A program made the position numbers and the translations under genes. Under the pieces are notes generated by a model. The model saw only the letters and a list, made by a program, of their open reading frames with translations. It was not told where the DNA came from and made no database searches. A stretch of 62,853 nt of DNA, filler included, from Choristocarpus tenellus KU-1152 (taxonomy: Eukaryota > Protista > Phaeophyceae): NCBI GenBank assembly GCA_964200185.2. It is 13 parts of 13 records of this genome, joined end to end, with 100 filler letters (N's around TTAATTAATTAA, not from the genome) between each part and the next. Parts side by side here need not be neighbours in the genome. Positions count along the whole stretch, not along the records: positions 48,069 to 52,900 come from CAXNAD020012889.1; positions 53,001 to 56,459 come from CAXNAD020019895.1; positions 56,560 to 59,786 come from CAXNAD020021412.1; positions 59,887 to 62,853 come from CAXNAD020023300.1; 9 more parts are not named here. One strand, written 5' to 3'. This document shows, piece by piece, positions 48,794 to 61,866 of this stretch (positions are counted from its first letter, which is position 1; each line of letters opens with the position of its first letter).

Positions 48794-51162
48794 CCAGCAA
48801 GTCTTGCAGATCCCTTGGCCATCACAGGTCCCATCTATAGCCATGTAGTTTTGGCATGTATCAAACGGGATGGGGTTGTCACTGCCCCACTGATATGTTC
48901 CAGTGTGTGAACCACCATGGCAGGAACCTGCTACATCTTGGGCACAGTTGAGGATCACCTTTATCGAACACATTTTTAATAGGGGCGCACATTTGTAGGG
49001 AGGGAGGAAGGGTTACTCTTTGCAAGTCAGAGACGGTAGTCTGAGGAACGACAAGATCAATACTTCAAAAACCATTCGTTAACACACAGAAATCGGAAAG
49101 ATCCATCATAGACCCTTTTTTTTTAGCTGCTGTTGAGTGCAAAAGTGTTTATCAGTAGGGTGGTCTTGAAAAAAAAAAAACTTTGGCATTGCATTTTCAC
49201 TCAAATCGGGAGGAATCAGAACTGCGGCATTGAACTTGACACCATGTTGAAGACCACATTGAACTGTCCAACACCCTCAATACTTAATTTTTTTCTCTAT
49301 TTGGGAACAATGGTGTGAAGTCTTCAACAAGTTACAACCATACTTTTCTTTTGTTGAGTGCAACATCACACCACCCATTTCTGATCACACTTCTTAAATC
49401 CTACCCACCCCAAAAACAAGATCACTGTGAACAAGAGCACAAAAGACCCCCAGATCCAAAAAAAAACATCAAACAACCACCTAGCTTCACCACTCTATTG
49501 TTCCATCTAAGGAAACTCTTGTAACACTGAGGTATACTGCCACAGGTTGATTACCTGTCAATTACACACACTTCCATGACCGGACACAATAGATGTTGAG
49601 GGACATATCTTCACCACAATATGCCGATATAATGGCAAGTTTGCATGTTTGTTGAATGAGATGCGCCCTCCAACTGTACAAAATTGAACCTCAGTCACAA
49701 CAGTATTCAGGCTCCACTCTTCCTGCCCCAGCCCCGCACTCCCGAGAGTCAAGGCCACTTAGATAGGCCTCTTGCTGATATTGTAACATGAACAAAAAAT
49801 GTACAAACCTGTATGGAAAGGTTGATGTCGATTCCCTGTCCCTTGCGCCGGATCTTAATCCTGTCAGCAAGACTACTTAGTGCGCCGTGAGCCCAGCTGT
49901 GTGCAACCACAATCATCATCATCATTACGGTCATTGTCAGCATCATGATCACTATCAACATAATATGGCTGTTATGTCCTTCATTATTAACAACCCCCAC
50001 AAAAGTACAAAATTATATTCATATCCACAGGAATACATACAATTTCTACTTTTAATTAATCACTCATGACTTAAGATGGTTCATGCAATCATCTCGCTAT
50101 TCTGGCTCGAAAAACCAATGGTAGTGATTTAACATCGTCTCATCTTTTTTCCCTCTCACCATGACCCACAGTACTGAGGGATGTGTTGGTTGAGATTCTT
50201 GGTGACGTAGCTCATGCCGTCGATATCCGTCCACGAAAACCGAGCTGGGAGCTCGTCGGGTGAAACGTATGTGTGTGGGAGTGGGGATTTCACCTGCAAA
50301 GGGGGGGTGCGACCGAGGGAGGGTCAGACAGAGGATTTAACAACTGATGGTTTCCAGAAGTTCGTATATCAACACCTATGAGGCATGCGCGATGTCAAGG
50401 TTTTACTATGGGGGCATGTTACCAAGATTCGAGTTTCCACTGTACCTCCCTGTCCATTCATACAATGCTTGCCCCCCTACAGGTTCGAGGGCATGCTGTA
50501 GAGTCATCCTGAGGGCTATATTTATAGACTGCCTGAAACGCTTGGGGTTTACTGGGAATGACGCCACGCTACTCCTTTACTACGACGATATTTATCGGCC
50601 CAAGTGGCTATCACCAACCGTGTAATTTCAGTTGTAGCTAAAGGAAAGCATTCTCGTCATTCAAAGTATGAGTGGAGTGTAACCCTATGTCTAGAGGGAA
50701 TTCACTATGTTGGTAGCTCTCCATGAGAATACTGAAGAACGTCGCAACAGTGGTCCTTCTAAACATGTCATGCGCACCAACTTCTCAACGATTCCGTAAA
50801 GATGGGAGTGGGATAGAGCGAAATTGAGCCCAGTTGCGCAATAGGACAGGTTGTGACCCTTGATGTTGAAGTTCCTCAAATACTAACCCATACAACATTG
50901 CAAAGGAGTTAGGATATCCCCCCACTAAGAAAGCTGGCAAGATAGAAACCACCTCCTTACAGAAATATCCATATCATTCCATCAAAGTGCATTTCATTGG
51001 CACCAATAGTCTCCTATGAGAAGCCTTCGGTGGGTTTCTTCATCATACCTTGGAGATGATGGTGTGTCCGTTAGGCTGAACAATCTCATTCCGATGTGAC
51101 CCATGGGCCCCAGCAGTGCCAAGGCACGAAGCTAACACCACCCCCTTGATAATATCTTTCAT
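48794..51162 (-). CDS. CTSZ: Cathepsin Z/X-like papain-family (C1A) cysteine protease, first four exons
   Basis: Exons 51162-51049 (signal peptide MKDIIKGVVLASCLGTAGA), 50293-50160 (SPLPHTY..LPARFSWTDIDGMSYVTKNLNQHIPQYCGSC), 49896-49809 (WAHGALSSLADRIKIRRKG..INLSIQ) and 48958-48794 (VILNC..AGSCHGG..IPFDTCQNYMA). The HIP insertion before QYCGSCW is diagnostic of cathepsin Z. Confidence 0.93.
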
Positions 51163-51649
51163 TTTCTAGTTAACCCTTCGTTCAGGTTGTGGTCGTGTTT
51201 TCCTGTCAACACCCTTGGACCAAACTCAAAACCTGACGATAACTTGTTAGTGACGAATTTGATCACCTGTCGTTCTGAAGAAAACTGGAATCGGGGAATA
51301 AAATGTATTGTTTTTGTATATTTCATACGTTTTTTACGAAAGTTTTTTTTATTATACTCGTAGTTGTATACTGTAGTCACAAGAAGGATGTGTGGGGAGG
51401 GATCCTAACCGATTGTTATCCTGTCCACCTTGGTCCTGTTTTCCATTCGCAAGCTTCTCAGACACCATCTTGGGAGGTCACCCATCCCCCATGCGAGCAA
51501 CTGATCCAATAAATAGGAGCCTCCGCTTCCGCACTGTTCCCTGGATACTCTCATACCCAATCTTCGTAGCACCATCTTTGTAGGATAGGGTATTATCGGT
51601 GCGTTCCCGTTTGCGGAAACCTACGCAGTGGAGGAGGAATTTATGATGT

Positions 51650-52690
51650 AAACGGAGCTTCAGATAATGAGCCTAGCGTAGTGCCCGAGTTATGTAACCA
51701 TATAACAGAATATCACTACTTCAGCTTTGAGTATTCGAATCTTAAGCCCAAGTGAGATGTTAGAACATTAGTAAACCCCTGAGCTACCAAGCAGGTAGTC
51801 ACCGGTTTACTAATGTTCTAACAAAAGCTAATCCCGGGGATGGTAAGCTGTTAGGCTTATTGAGGTTTCGCCCGAGGGCTGCCATCCCTCTAATCAGTGA
51901 CCAACTTTGATGGGGCAGCTAATAATGTGTGGTATTGTGTGAGGTTATGTTTTCAACATGAGACACTTAAGGTCCTGTCATGAGGAATTTAACTGTTTTG
52001 GCGAAAACTACTCCGAGCTTTCTCAATCATCCACCTCATCTCAGTAGAAAGAGAGCCATCATCACTGACGGTTCCTCCAATGTAAACAAACTTATCAGTC
52101 TGTTTATAGGTCTGGTCCAGTGCCTGGATCTGCATGACTCCAACATCATGATAAAGCAGGCAAAGAGCAAAGTTCCTGTCTTTAATGCCAATAAAGTCAA
52201 ACCGAATGATCTGGCCCCCTTCAAAAACACTTCTATCATCCTCACCAAACTTCCTTGGGTCTTGGAGACTATGCATGCACCATCAACGTAAAGCATATAT
52301 CCCACGAAAATCCGCCCAAGTGTTGTTCCACACCACTGCGCACTCCTCTTCCTCTGACAGGGTTGTTTGCGGTCAGTCTCTTGATGACAAAAGGTCCTTA
52401 GAGATGGTCGGGTCAGAGGCGAACTGTTTGATTACTGCACTCAGGACTGTAGTGAAGAAGACAGTGAAGAAGATCGGAGGAAGAACACACCCCTGCCAAA
52501 GACCCTTTCCAACCCCGAACCATTCTGTGCACTAACAAACGTTAAAACGAACACATGCCCTCTTCATATAATTATGGAATATATTAGCACAGAGACCATC
52601 TTCAGGGATACGCCAAATATGACCGCACAACCCAGAGGAGAAATCGATTAATAGAGTATTATGCTTTCTGTAGATCTATAGAACAAGATA
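51650..52690 (-). mobile_element. Degraded non-LTR retrotransposon (LINE, RTE-like) reverse transcriptase
   Basis: Fragments KGLWQGCVLPPIFFTVFFTTVL..FASDPTISKDL, DKFVYIGGTVSDDGSLSTEMRWMIEKARSSF and ILKAEV; many stops and frameshifts. Confidence 0.78.
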
Positions 52691-54304
52691 GTTTACTGTA
52701 GAAGATGACAGTTGTACATTGATTGTTGATTATTATTTCTTTCATGGCTGCCATTGATCACTCACAATGCACCAAGCTCACTCTGCAATGAGTGTACCAG
52801 CTGCACGCCTGGATGTGATATAATCAGAGTTAAAACCATCCGCAGAAACCCTTGCCAGCCAAGGTAACAAGCCTCTCTACAGAGCATGGACTTCTTTCGT
52901 NNNNNNNNNNNNNNNNNNNNNNNNNNNNNNNNNNNNNNNNNNNNTTAATTAATTAANNNNNNNNNNNNNNNNNNNNNNNNNNNNNNNNNNNNNNNNNNNN
53001 CCCCCCCCCCCCCCCCCCCAGATACTTTAGGTCTGAAGTAATTGATCTCTCAGTTAAGAATTATGTTATGTGAATACAGTGTTATTTCATGGTATACTCA
53101 GTGAAAGAAGTACATGCTTTGTGAAGAGGCTTGTTACCTTGGCTGGCAAGAGTTTCAGTAGATGGTTTTAACTCTGAGTGTATTACATCTAAATGTGCGT
53201 CAGGGGCACTATTGCAGAGTGAGCTTGAGGTGTTCAGTGAGGGGACAATTACAATAATAAAATAATAATCAACAATTACCATGCATCTGGGGTCTTATGC
53301 ATATAAAAAGAAAGAACAGAGATGGCAGGCAACAACAAAATAGAAAAAAGAACACAAGGTAACAGTGGAAGGCACTTGATGCAAGTTCCGAAGTAACTTG
53401 GATGACGCGTGCTATGATGTTCCTGTGTGTGATGTGGATCAACTGAATATCAACCGATGCTATACTTCTATCTACCGTCATCGATGTGATGATGAGTTGG
53501 GATGCGCAATAAATAAAAGAACACTAACAACCAGTGCAGTGCACCAATCAACAGTCATTACAAGCTGGTAGTTTGTGTATCGTATCAACAAGAAACAAAT
53601 GAGTAGCCTATGTTTTAACAGAATAACACTTGAGGGATGAAGCCTAAGGGCAACAAACCAATTACGGGGGTATAGGTGTGTGGGAACAAAGAAGGAAGCT
53701 AATCGACAAGTGGTACGCAAGAGAAACTGCGTGTGATAGTTCTGACGTATGTCATGTGTAGAATAAGACATGAATTTCAGTAATATGTAACCGAAAGCAT
53801 TGCGGACAATGGTTCATGTCTTAGCGGGTTATTTATAAACAAGTGATTGAAAGTCCATATGTTCGGGTCTTAGTCACATGTTCGGGACATTTTTCTACAT
53901 TGTAGAGTTTTCTCGGAACGTTGTAAGCGGATATATTTTGTGATTCTCTCTAGAAACATATCCTAAACCAAGCCCACCACTTCAATAAATATTACTCTCT
54001 TTTCCACCATATCATCACGTTTCGGTAATGGGGAATCGTGTGAGGCTCTCATCTCGTTCTTCTCTCTTATTCCATACTGACACAAATAGCAGTCCAAACC
54101 TGTAACGGTATGGAGAAGTTACCCCTCTGGACTGGAGTACCAGGATGGTCAGTGGAGACCAGGACAACATGTGGTGGGTTATGCCGGTGGAAAGGGTCTG
54201 TACATTCTTCGGCGAAAATGCGTGGTCCCTAAACTCACGGAGACACCAACGAGACAGGAACAAATAGCGCATAAGAACTACGAGAAGAACAACAGGCTTC
54301 TTTA

Positions 54305-54563
54305 GAGCCAAAGTATCTCAGAGGGTAGAGCCGTGTCCATTTTGGAACCAAAATCCAAGGTTGTCATTTTGATATAATTTTGACTATCATGTTTGTTAGG
54401 AAATGTCTGTATCTATGTGTCGGACACACCTGTTCATAACATACATACTGCACCTACTCCTGAAACATTTTGGACTAGAAAAATGTCAAAAAGAACCAAT
54501 GGGAAGCCAAGCCCCAAATGGACAAAAAGGGCAAAACTCGTACCCTCTAAGATGCTTTCACTC
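54305..54563. mobile_element. MITE family A copy with perfect 4-bp TSD TTTA
   Basis: ttta|GAGCCAAAGTATCTCAGAGGGT...ACCCTCTAAGATGCTTTCACTC|ttta. Confidence 0.9.
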
Positions 54564-54569
54564 TTTAGT

Positions 54570-55540
54570 TACGGCTGATCCAAGCGAAAAGAGGGTCCGT
54601 GGCAGCATTTATGCAGTGATTCGAGAACGACGAGAACCCAGACAAGTAGAGGAGTATCGATGGAGTTAGAACGAGTCTACGGAGACCGCGCGGAGGACCA
54701 GATCCTCGCTCAAATTACCACCCTGGAAGCACGCCTCCAGGAGCTACGGCGCTCCTCGACTATGGACAATACATATTTCGTAGTCAAACTCGAACGGATA
54801 TTTGCAGAGTTCGAGCAGCTAAAGGACAGGAAGCCAGAAAACATCAAGAAGACTCCAATCCTGTTGGGCGTCAAGGAAGCCATGCCCAACATCTTTGCAC
54901 AACTGACTACAAGATCCGATACATAAGCTACGAGTAACTGAAGTGGGCAATCGTCTCATCACCATCATACTTACATTCAGACCAGTACGGGAACAGAAAT
55001 GCAGCGGCGCTACAAAGCAAAACAAGGGACCGACTGTTGGATAATCACGGGGGGTCATCAAGGTATCCCGATCTTGACCAATTCGCTTTCTGTCTCAAAC
55101 GGAGTCATCGATGGAGAATGCCACTCATATTTGCCGGGCAAACCACCACCAGAACGACAACAAGGAATGATGCCTGATATGCAATTCCCTCCACCACGGG
55201 GAGCTACATCAGGACCCTGTCAAGGAGGACGTCAAAAGGGAAGGGGTAACAACAGGAATCCAGCACGGTCATTCTCTACCTCCAAGGAAACAGCCAGCAA
55301 AGAGGACGAACAAGTGATGCTTAGCTCATCGCGAGGCAAAGAGATCGAACTCCTATACGACTCTGAAGTGAACGTGCATCTCATGCCATACAGAGAGGAT
55401 CTGATGAGCACACAAACAACAAAGTAGACATGCATCTTCGGCAACAATGGAAAGCTAGAGGTTAAGGAGACAGGGGATATGGTACTATCGACAATGGAGC
55501 AACGCCAGAATAGCCTTATCCATGCCACGGCGAGGAAGGT
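54570..55540 (+). mobile_element. Ty1/Copia-like gag-protease relic
   Basis: Gag-like ELERVYG..LEARLQELR..YFVVKLERIFAEFEQL..LLGVKEAMP, a degenerate Zn-knuckle region, then protease-like LLYDSEVNVHLMPYREDL..CIFGNNGKLEVKETGDMVL (decayed DSGA..HM). Broken by stops. Confidence 0.62.
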
Positions 55541-57759
55541 GAGATGTTGGCGGAGATGTTCACGTACGGGGACGAAATGAGAGGTGGTTTGATCATACCT
55601 TGGAAGGAAATGTCGAAAGTTAGAATTTAATGAGTGATGATTCGAGCAATTCTTTGCGTTGATTTTCTCCCCTCTGTCATCGTTTTCTGGTGGAAGGACC
55701 AGTTGCAGTCATGTGTCAGGCAGGTGCTTATCGGTTGACCGTACCAGATAACTACTGCTTCGAAGTACGGACACTTCTAATTGAGTGTGAGTGACATGCA
55801 GATAGGGGAGAGATACGTAGATGATGAGGAAGGAAAAAAGAGGAAAGCGATGTGTGGAAACGAGAGACAAGGCTGAGAACCCACGTCGCTTCCACACGCC
55901 CAGTGTTTGTAACAATATAGATATTGCGGTGTTCACTGAAATAGGTCCAAGGGATTGATTGAGGATCAACAATGTTGTCTTATTAATTATCAAAAACAAA
56001 CACACACACGTTCGTTGTCTGCAACACAAAAATCCCTTACTTTTCCTGTCACCGCACCAATGTTGTATCCATTGTTTCGCATCAAGAATTGTAACCAATA
56101 TGCATCACCTCCACCACACCATGTCAGCCTAGTGTAGCCCTCACCCATTTGATATTTGAACCACACAATCCCGAAATTCGCACCGCTTCGGGCTTGAATA
56201 TCCTATTTTCCTCAGGTAGGTTTTGCCCCCACTTAGACCTCGACTTCACTCTGCACTAAGTGTACCTGACACACAATTGGATGCAATATATTCCAAGATA
56301 AAACATCCACAAAACCGTTCTTAACAAGGTGACAAGCCTCTAGTAAGAGGTGTATTTCTTCCTTCGAGTGTCTGAAGGAATACCCACACATTTCTACCAG
56401 ATAACCTCTGACTGTGCACAGCATATCACTAGGTTCATGGGTCAAAGTATCCTGGGGGGNNNNNNNNNNNNNNNNNNNNNNNNNNNNNNNNNNNNNNNNN
56501 NNNTTAATTAATTAANNNNNNNNNNNNNNNNNNNNNNNNNNNNNNNNNNNNNNNNNNNNGTGTCCATTTGGGCCATAATCAGGAAAAGTTCATTTACATT
56601 ATCCATCCGACGTATGCAACCAAATCACCCAAAATGTACAGCCGCCACCCTCCCCAGATACTTTAATCCAAATATCTATGTAGAAATTCCGATTGGCGGA
56701 GAAGGAACTCCTATCACCCAGGATGCAAGGGATGCTCATCCATCCGCAGGCTTTAATTATTTGTCTGACCATCGGCGTGTGCTGCGTACTTGTCACCTTG
56801 AGGACACAAGGGGGCATGTCTAATGTGTTCAATATCCTCCCTTCTACATCAAGCACAAAACACCGGTTGGATAGTGCATTCTTCATCCCCAGGGATCGGC
56901 TAACTATGAGAGAGATTTCCAGGGATGGGATCCACCTCGCAAATTTGAGGAGTTGGGTGATTCACAACACATCACGCCATGTCTGCACTGGCTCTTTCAT
57001 ATGGCGTCGTGAGCCATACCGAAAGATTCCCTTTAGGGTCATAATCTAGGTGAAGGTATACTAGGTGGGCGCGGAAGGTATCAAAGCAGAACCTGTTGGG
57101 GAGGAGTGTAATCTCATGCTCGGCCCTTCCTGTTGTCCCTTCAAGATCATGCGCTTTTAAGGTGTGGACTTGTAGGGCTGATGCGGGAGAACCATCCCAT
57201 AATCCATGTTTATATTATTATTTTGTAGGCATGGTTATTTTTCATAACCATAGCCACTACACACCAAACGAACAACCCCATCAAAATTTCAACAACACAG
57301 CCTAGAACAATCAGTAGCTTTGATCTGGGAACTTGAATCGTGGACCCGCTTGTAGGGGGCCGCGTTGATAGATTTTCAGGTAAATAGCAGTGTCCCTCTG
57401 CTAGGTAGCAAACATTTTTGAAGGTGGGGGAGAATCGATCCTAAGCCTGCGTTACCCGAAGCCTATTTCTGGATGGTATTATTCAGCATCTCCTTGCCCC
57501 CTGAAAGATATTGTGCGCTCAGAATTGCGTTTAAAGAAAGAAAATCGCAACTTTAGGATAATTAAAACTTGGTTTCACACCTTCTTAGTTGTTGGAGGCA
57601 GTTTCTCTCTATACATCCTTCAACTTTTATCTATGGGAGTCATTCCAAGACCCAGGAGTTATGACATGGGTTCGTAAACTGTTAATTTCGCTTACGCCTG
57701 TCCTCTCTTACCTGGCATTGCCATCGTCTGAATCACGCGAAGTCATGACGATTAGAGAG

Positions 57760-58521
57760 ATGGAGTATCCATTCCAGTTTCTAACTTCAAAGGTGGTGTC
57801 TGCCTGGTCAAAAAGTGGGAGTCCTCCAGATGACATCAACAACAAATTCCTGGAGGCAGAGGCAGACTTTGCTTCCAACGGTGGTGGCGTCCCGTAAGTG
57901 TTTCGCCTGGTAATGGTGACCAATCTTCACTCCCACCTACCTACGGTTCAAGGATAGGACCTGTCTATGTGTTGCCCTTGATGGACTTTGTCCCCACCCT
58001 TTCCTCCAGAGAGCAGTTCCTTCCCCCTGCTGCGATGTCTCGCCATCAGATGGTTATTGCCCCACGGTGTATACTGGAAAGCCAATTTCATACGTTGATT
58101 TGCCCCTCAATCCTACTTTATCCTTTTGCAATCTTCAATCAGATGTCCTTGTGCTGTTCTTCATGCCTACATGACGTTTTTTTCTCCCTATGGTGCAATT
58201 TTTCAGCACAAGTTGAATCTTTAGTCTCTTTTGAGGGTTATCCTACACTCTTGTCTGAATACAGCCCTTGCAACTGTGTTGACTCTTTCCAATCATGTTG
58301 ACCTTCACAGGTCTGCCGATCTCATACCCCGCCTGAAGCGACTTTTCACTGAGCTTGTGTGGCGGGTGGTGAGCGGATCGCTGCTCGCAAAGTCTGTAGC
58401 CGTGTGGCTCAAGTCTGGGAAGGGCCTTCTCTCATGCCCACAAAGCGAGGGAGCGACTAATCCCAAGGAAAATCTTGTGGCTGAGGAGCTTTGTGATGCC
58501 ATCTGGGGTGTTGGAAGTATG
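57760..58521 (+). CDS. THOC2: THO complex subunit 2 (THOC2/THO2), first two exons
   Basis: Exons 57760-57893 (MEYPFQFLTSKVVSAWSKSG) and 58311-58521 (LKRLFTELVWRVVSGSL..LVAEELCDAIWGVG) are phase-compatible. They resemble the THO2 N-terminus (..W.KSG..LYELSW..V.G.L..LADV). Confidence 0.65.
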
Positions 58522-59886
58522 GTGAGAAGTCATGGAGGGCATCCTGAATAGGTTATTGGCAATTCAAGTGTGGTGCATAGGTTCATTAGATGGTCAGAAA
58601 GATGTCAGGTGTGATGTTACTAATGTGGTGTACACCTGATTTACAAGTTTTCCACTTGGAGGTGCCCTGCTCAGGTACTCCACCATTTCCGTTCATAAGC
58701 AATCTCTTCATAATTTTACTGCAATGTTGCATTATTGCTGGCTCAGTTTCATGTAAAAAGGAATGTTTTCAAGTCTAGGCTGGTGGGCTATGGCACAATT
58801 ATATACATTGATGTATTACCTGTGATTCAATTAATGGATGTGATAAGATATCCAATGTGTTCTTTACTTGGCTTGCTTCAAAAGTAATACTTCTTTATGC
58901 AGGTGTTCATACGCAGTTTCTGTCACATGAAAGAAAAGTCTAATGTTAACATGTTGTGGGCAAGGATGATTAGTGCGAGTTAGGCTCTTCGATGCAAATG
59001 TCAAGTCATGTGTGACATCATTAAGTCGTTTGCGTAAGCTTCATCCTTCAGATTTCTTTATGCTGCCTGATATGAAAGGGAAAAGGATTTGGTTACTGAC
59101 TTTTTTTTTGTGGGATTGGGTTTTAGTTGGTTAACATTCTGAATGCGAGATAATGCCATCTTGCCTCAGGAGATTATTCAATGAACAAATTTTGTGAGAT
59201 GCTGTTGCAGGTTTATGTTATCCCTGGAGTAAGGACTATTTTATTAGTATCAGTGTGGGGTTTGGTGTCACTATTTGCCCAGCCTGGATGGTCTCTTTGG
59301 CTGTCTTATCCGTGCCTACTTTCAAAAGGATGAACAGAGAGTCAGGGAAGATTTGATACATACATAGTTGATAAAGGTGGTATTGCTCTCAGGATGGTTT
59401 TGTTACTTCGTTCTGACTAGAAAGGCTTTCATTCTTTTGGTGGATTCATGCGGTGCACCTGAGCTTGCCCATCCTCCCTTGCCAACACCACATTTCCCTT
59501 CCTGCTCTTCAGCCCTCTGCGTTGCAACAAAGAGAAGAATTGAAGTGTACCCATTACTGTATGTTGAAGTCAGCCTTAACCCTAGCCCAGGTTGAGCTTT
59601 AACAGCCCCCGCCCCCGAGAGTGTCGAAGGATTCTCCATTTTTTTATTTTGCAAAGATGCAAATAATGTTGGCGAGATGCAAGGAGAAGGTGTCCATGCT
59701 CCCCATTCTGCATACTCCATACCCCACACCCCACACCCCACACCCCACACCCCACACCCCACACCCCCGAACGCGGACAGAATGAANNNNNNNNNNNNNN
59801 NNNNNNNNNNNNNNNNNNNNNNNNNNNNNNTTAATTAATTAANNNNNNNNNNNNNNNNNNNNNNNNNNNNNNNNNNNNNNNNNNNN

Positions 59887-59894
59887 GGGGGGGG

Positions 59895-59929
<35 letters not shown>

Positions 59930-60075
59930 CTACACCAGAGTGTCCATTTGGACCAAAACCAGGAAAAGTGCAATTTCATTATCCATCCAATGTATGGAAC
60001 AAAATCACCCAAAAATCGCGATATGAAAAAGTGGTCCCAAATGGACAGCCGCCATCCCCCCCAGACACTTTGAGC
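59887..60075. mobile_element. MITE family B copy truncated at contig start
   Basis: (G)nTCTACACCAGAGTGTCCATTTGGACCAAAACCAGGAAAAGTGCA..CCCCAGACACTTTG is the reverse complement of 34822-35004. Confidence 0.85.
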
Positions 60076-60561
60076 CTTGTTTGTGGAACTTCAACTGCCC
60101 AATTACAAGCTGACGCACGATTACCAAGTACACAGGTGAGTAAGTGGAACATTTCTCATCACACATGGTCCTCACTGCACAAGATAGTAACCTGTCACGA
60201 ATGAGGTTGGAGAAAATGGTGCAAATCCCTCATGTTCTGAGCAGCAGGAAAAAATAAAGCTCACTGAGTGTCTGCAGCGTTTATGTTTGACGTTGGAAGA
60301 CAGATAATCTTGCTCAGCCAATACTTGATCTAAATTTAGCATGAAGCATGAGTAACAGTGCCGTGTGGTGCATAAAACCTTGTCTTCGTTTTAAATGGTG
60401 AATCTTCATTAATCTAGGGACTGCAGTTACTCTGGTACTTCTGTAACAACGTACACCCCAAAGAGCATATACAGTATCAACATGGAATCTTATATCAATA
60501 GTTGAGAAAAAACACAATTTCAGACGCTAGCCTCAAGCATTGGTCATTTCCCGCCTTTACT

Positions 60562-61866
60562 TCAACGGGCCTGTGCTTCTTCACCTTCCTCCACGTGTTC
60601 CATGGGCCTCCTCAGTAGTCCCTTCCTACCTAACGCCAAGTGGAAGTTCTTTCCAAAGGTCAGCTGCTGAAGCCCTGACGGCCACAATATATGGTCGCCT
60701 GGTTGGTTGAAGTCGCGCCCAAACTTTAGCTCCTTTAGCCCCGCAGGCCACACCACCCCATCCACTTTCTGCTTGAAACTATCACCAAAGGACAACATTT
60801 CAAGCCCCACCGGCCAGGTCACTTCCACTGCCTGATCGAAACTGTACCCAAAGTTGAGCCGTTGAAGACCTCCAGGCCATGCAACCTTGTCTATCGCGTG
60901 GTTGAAGCTATACCCAAAATTCAGTTCCTGGAGCCGCGCTGGCCACGACACATTGTGAACAGTTTGGTTGAAATCCCACCCAAACGTTAACTTTTGGAGG
61001 TCTGATGGCCACATTACCTGATCCACGGCCTGGTTGAAGTGCCACCCAAACGTCAACTGTTGAAGATTTAGTGGCCAGGTCATACCATTAAGCGACTGGT
61101 TGAAGCAGCTACCAAAGGTCAACCGCTGAAGCTTTGCCGGCCACGTTATACCATCTACAGCCTGGTTAAAGCCACATCCGAACGTTATTTGGCGTAACCC
61201 TGCGGGCCACGCAATCTGATTCAAAGACTGATTGAATCTGTAACCGAACGTCAGGCTCAGGAGCCCTGGCGGCCACAAAACCCTGTCGACTGCCTGGTTG
61301 AATTCCCATCCGAAGTTAAGCTCCTGCAGACCTGCTGGCCAGATCACATCTTCCAGAGACTGATTGAAGTTCATGTCGAAGGTTAGTTGTTGGAGACCTG
61401 TAGGCCAAACCACTCGATCCACTGCCTGGTTGAATCTTAATCCAAACTTGACCTGGGTTAGCCCTTCCGGCCACATCAACTTGTCGACAGGATTGTCGAA
61501 GGTCGATCCAAACGATAGCTCCTTGAGCGTCTCGGGCATTTCGGTTCCACTGCAACCGCCCTCAAGGACGATCTGATCGAGTTTCCAGGTTATCTTGTGG
61601 ACAAGAAGAGGGGGGACGAGGGAAGTACTGGGGTATTTTTCGTCCGATCCCTGACGGACCCTGTCGTCCCACAAGCCACAGGCCATCGGGTCGGAGACTC
61701 GAACGTGGAAGCCGATACTCCTTCGACAGTCCCTGCACATGGTCAAGCACGTCATCTGAAGCTGCTTGACTTCCTTAAGTTGGAGCAACCCTGTTTCCCA
61801 AACGAAACACCAAGCAGGACTCAAACATTGCGCTTTGGGCGGACATGCCTGATCAGGGTACCTCAT
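60562..61866 (-). CDS. FNIP-repeat (LRR-like) protein, 434 aa, 14 x 22-aa repeats
   Basis: Uninterrupted ORF with repeats WPxxLxxLxFGxxFNQxxxxxx. The N-terminal segment (LLQLKEVKQLQMTCLTMCRDCRRSI) weakly resembles an F-box. Confidence 0.88.
   Translation of the reverse strand: MRYPDQACPPKAQCLSPAWCFVWETGLLQLKEVKQLQMTCLTMCRDCRRSIGFHVRVSDPMACGLWDDRVRQGSDEKYPSTSLVPPLLVHKITWKLDQIVLEGGCSGTEMPETLKELSFGSTFDNPVDKLMWPEGLTQVKFGLRFNQAVDRVVWPTGLQQLTFDMNFNQSLEDVIWPAGLQELNFGWEFNQAVDRVLWPPGLLSLTFGYRFNQSLNQIAWPAGLRQITFGCGFNQAVDGITWPAKLQRLTFGSCFNQSLNGMTWPLNLQQLTFGWHFNQAVDQVMWPSDLQKLTFGWDFNQTVHNVSWPARLQELNFGYSFNHAIDKVAWPGGLQRLNFGYSFDQAVEVTWPVGLEMLSFGDSFKQKVDGVVWPAGLKELKFGRDFNQPGDHILWPSGLQQLTFGKNFHLALGRKGLLRRPMEHVEEGEEAQAR

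Noticed and set aside
53780-54030. Possible Copia 5' LTR and PBS (..CCACCA..GGTAATGGG)
   Set aside because: No second LTR in the contig, and the PBS match is too weak.
12930-59886. Regularly recurring TTAATTAATTAA flanked by N-runs
   Set aside because: Synthetic concatenation linker, not biological; ORFs ending in X..LIN are artefacts.
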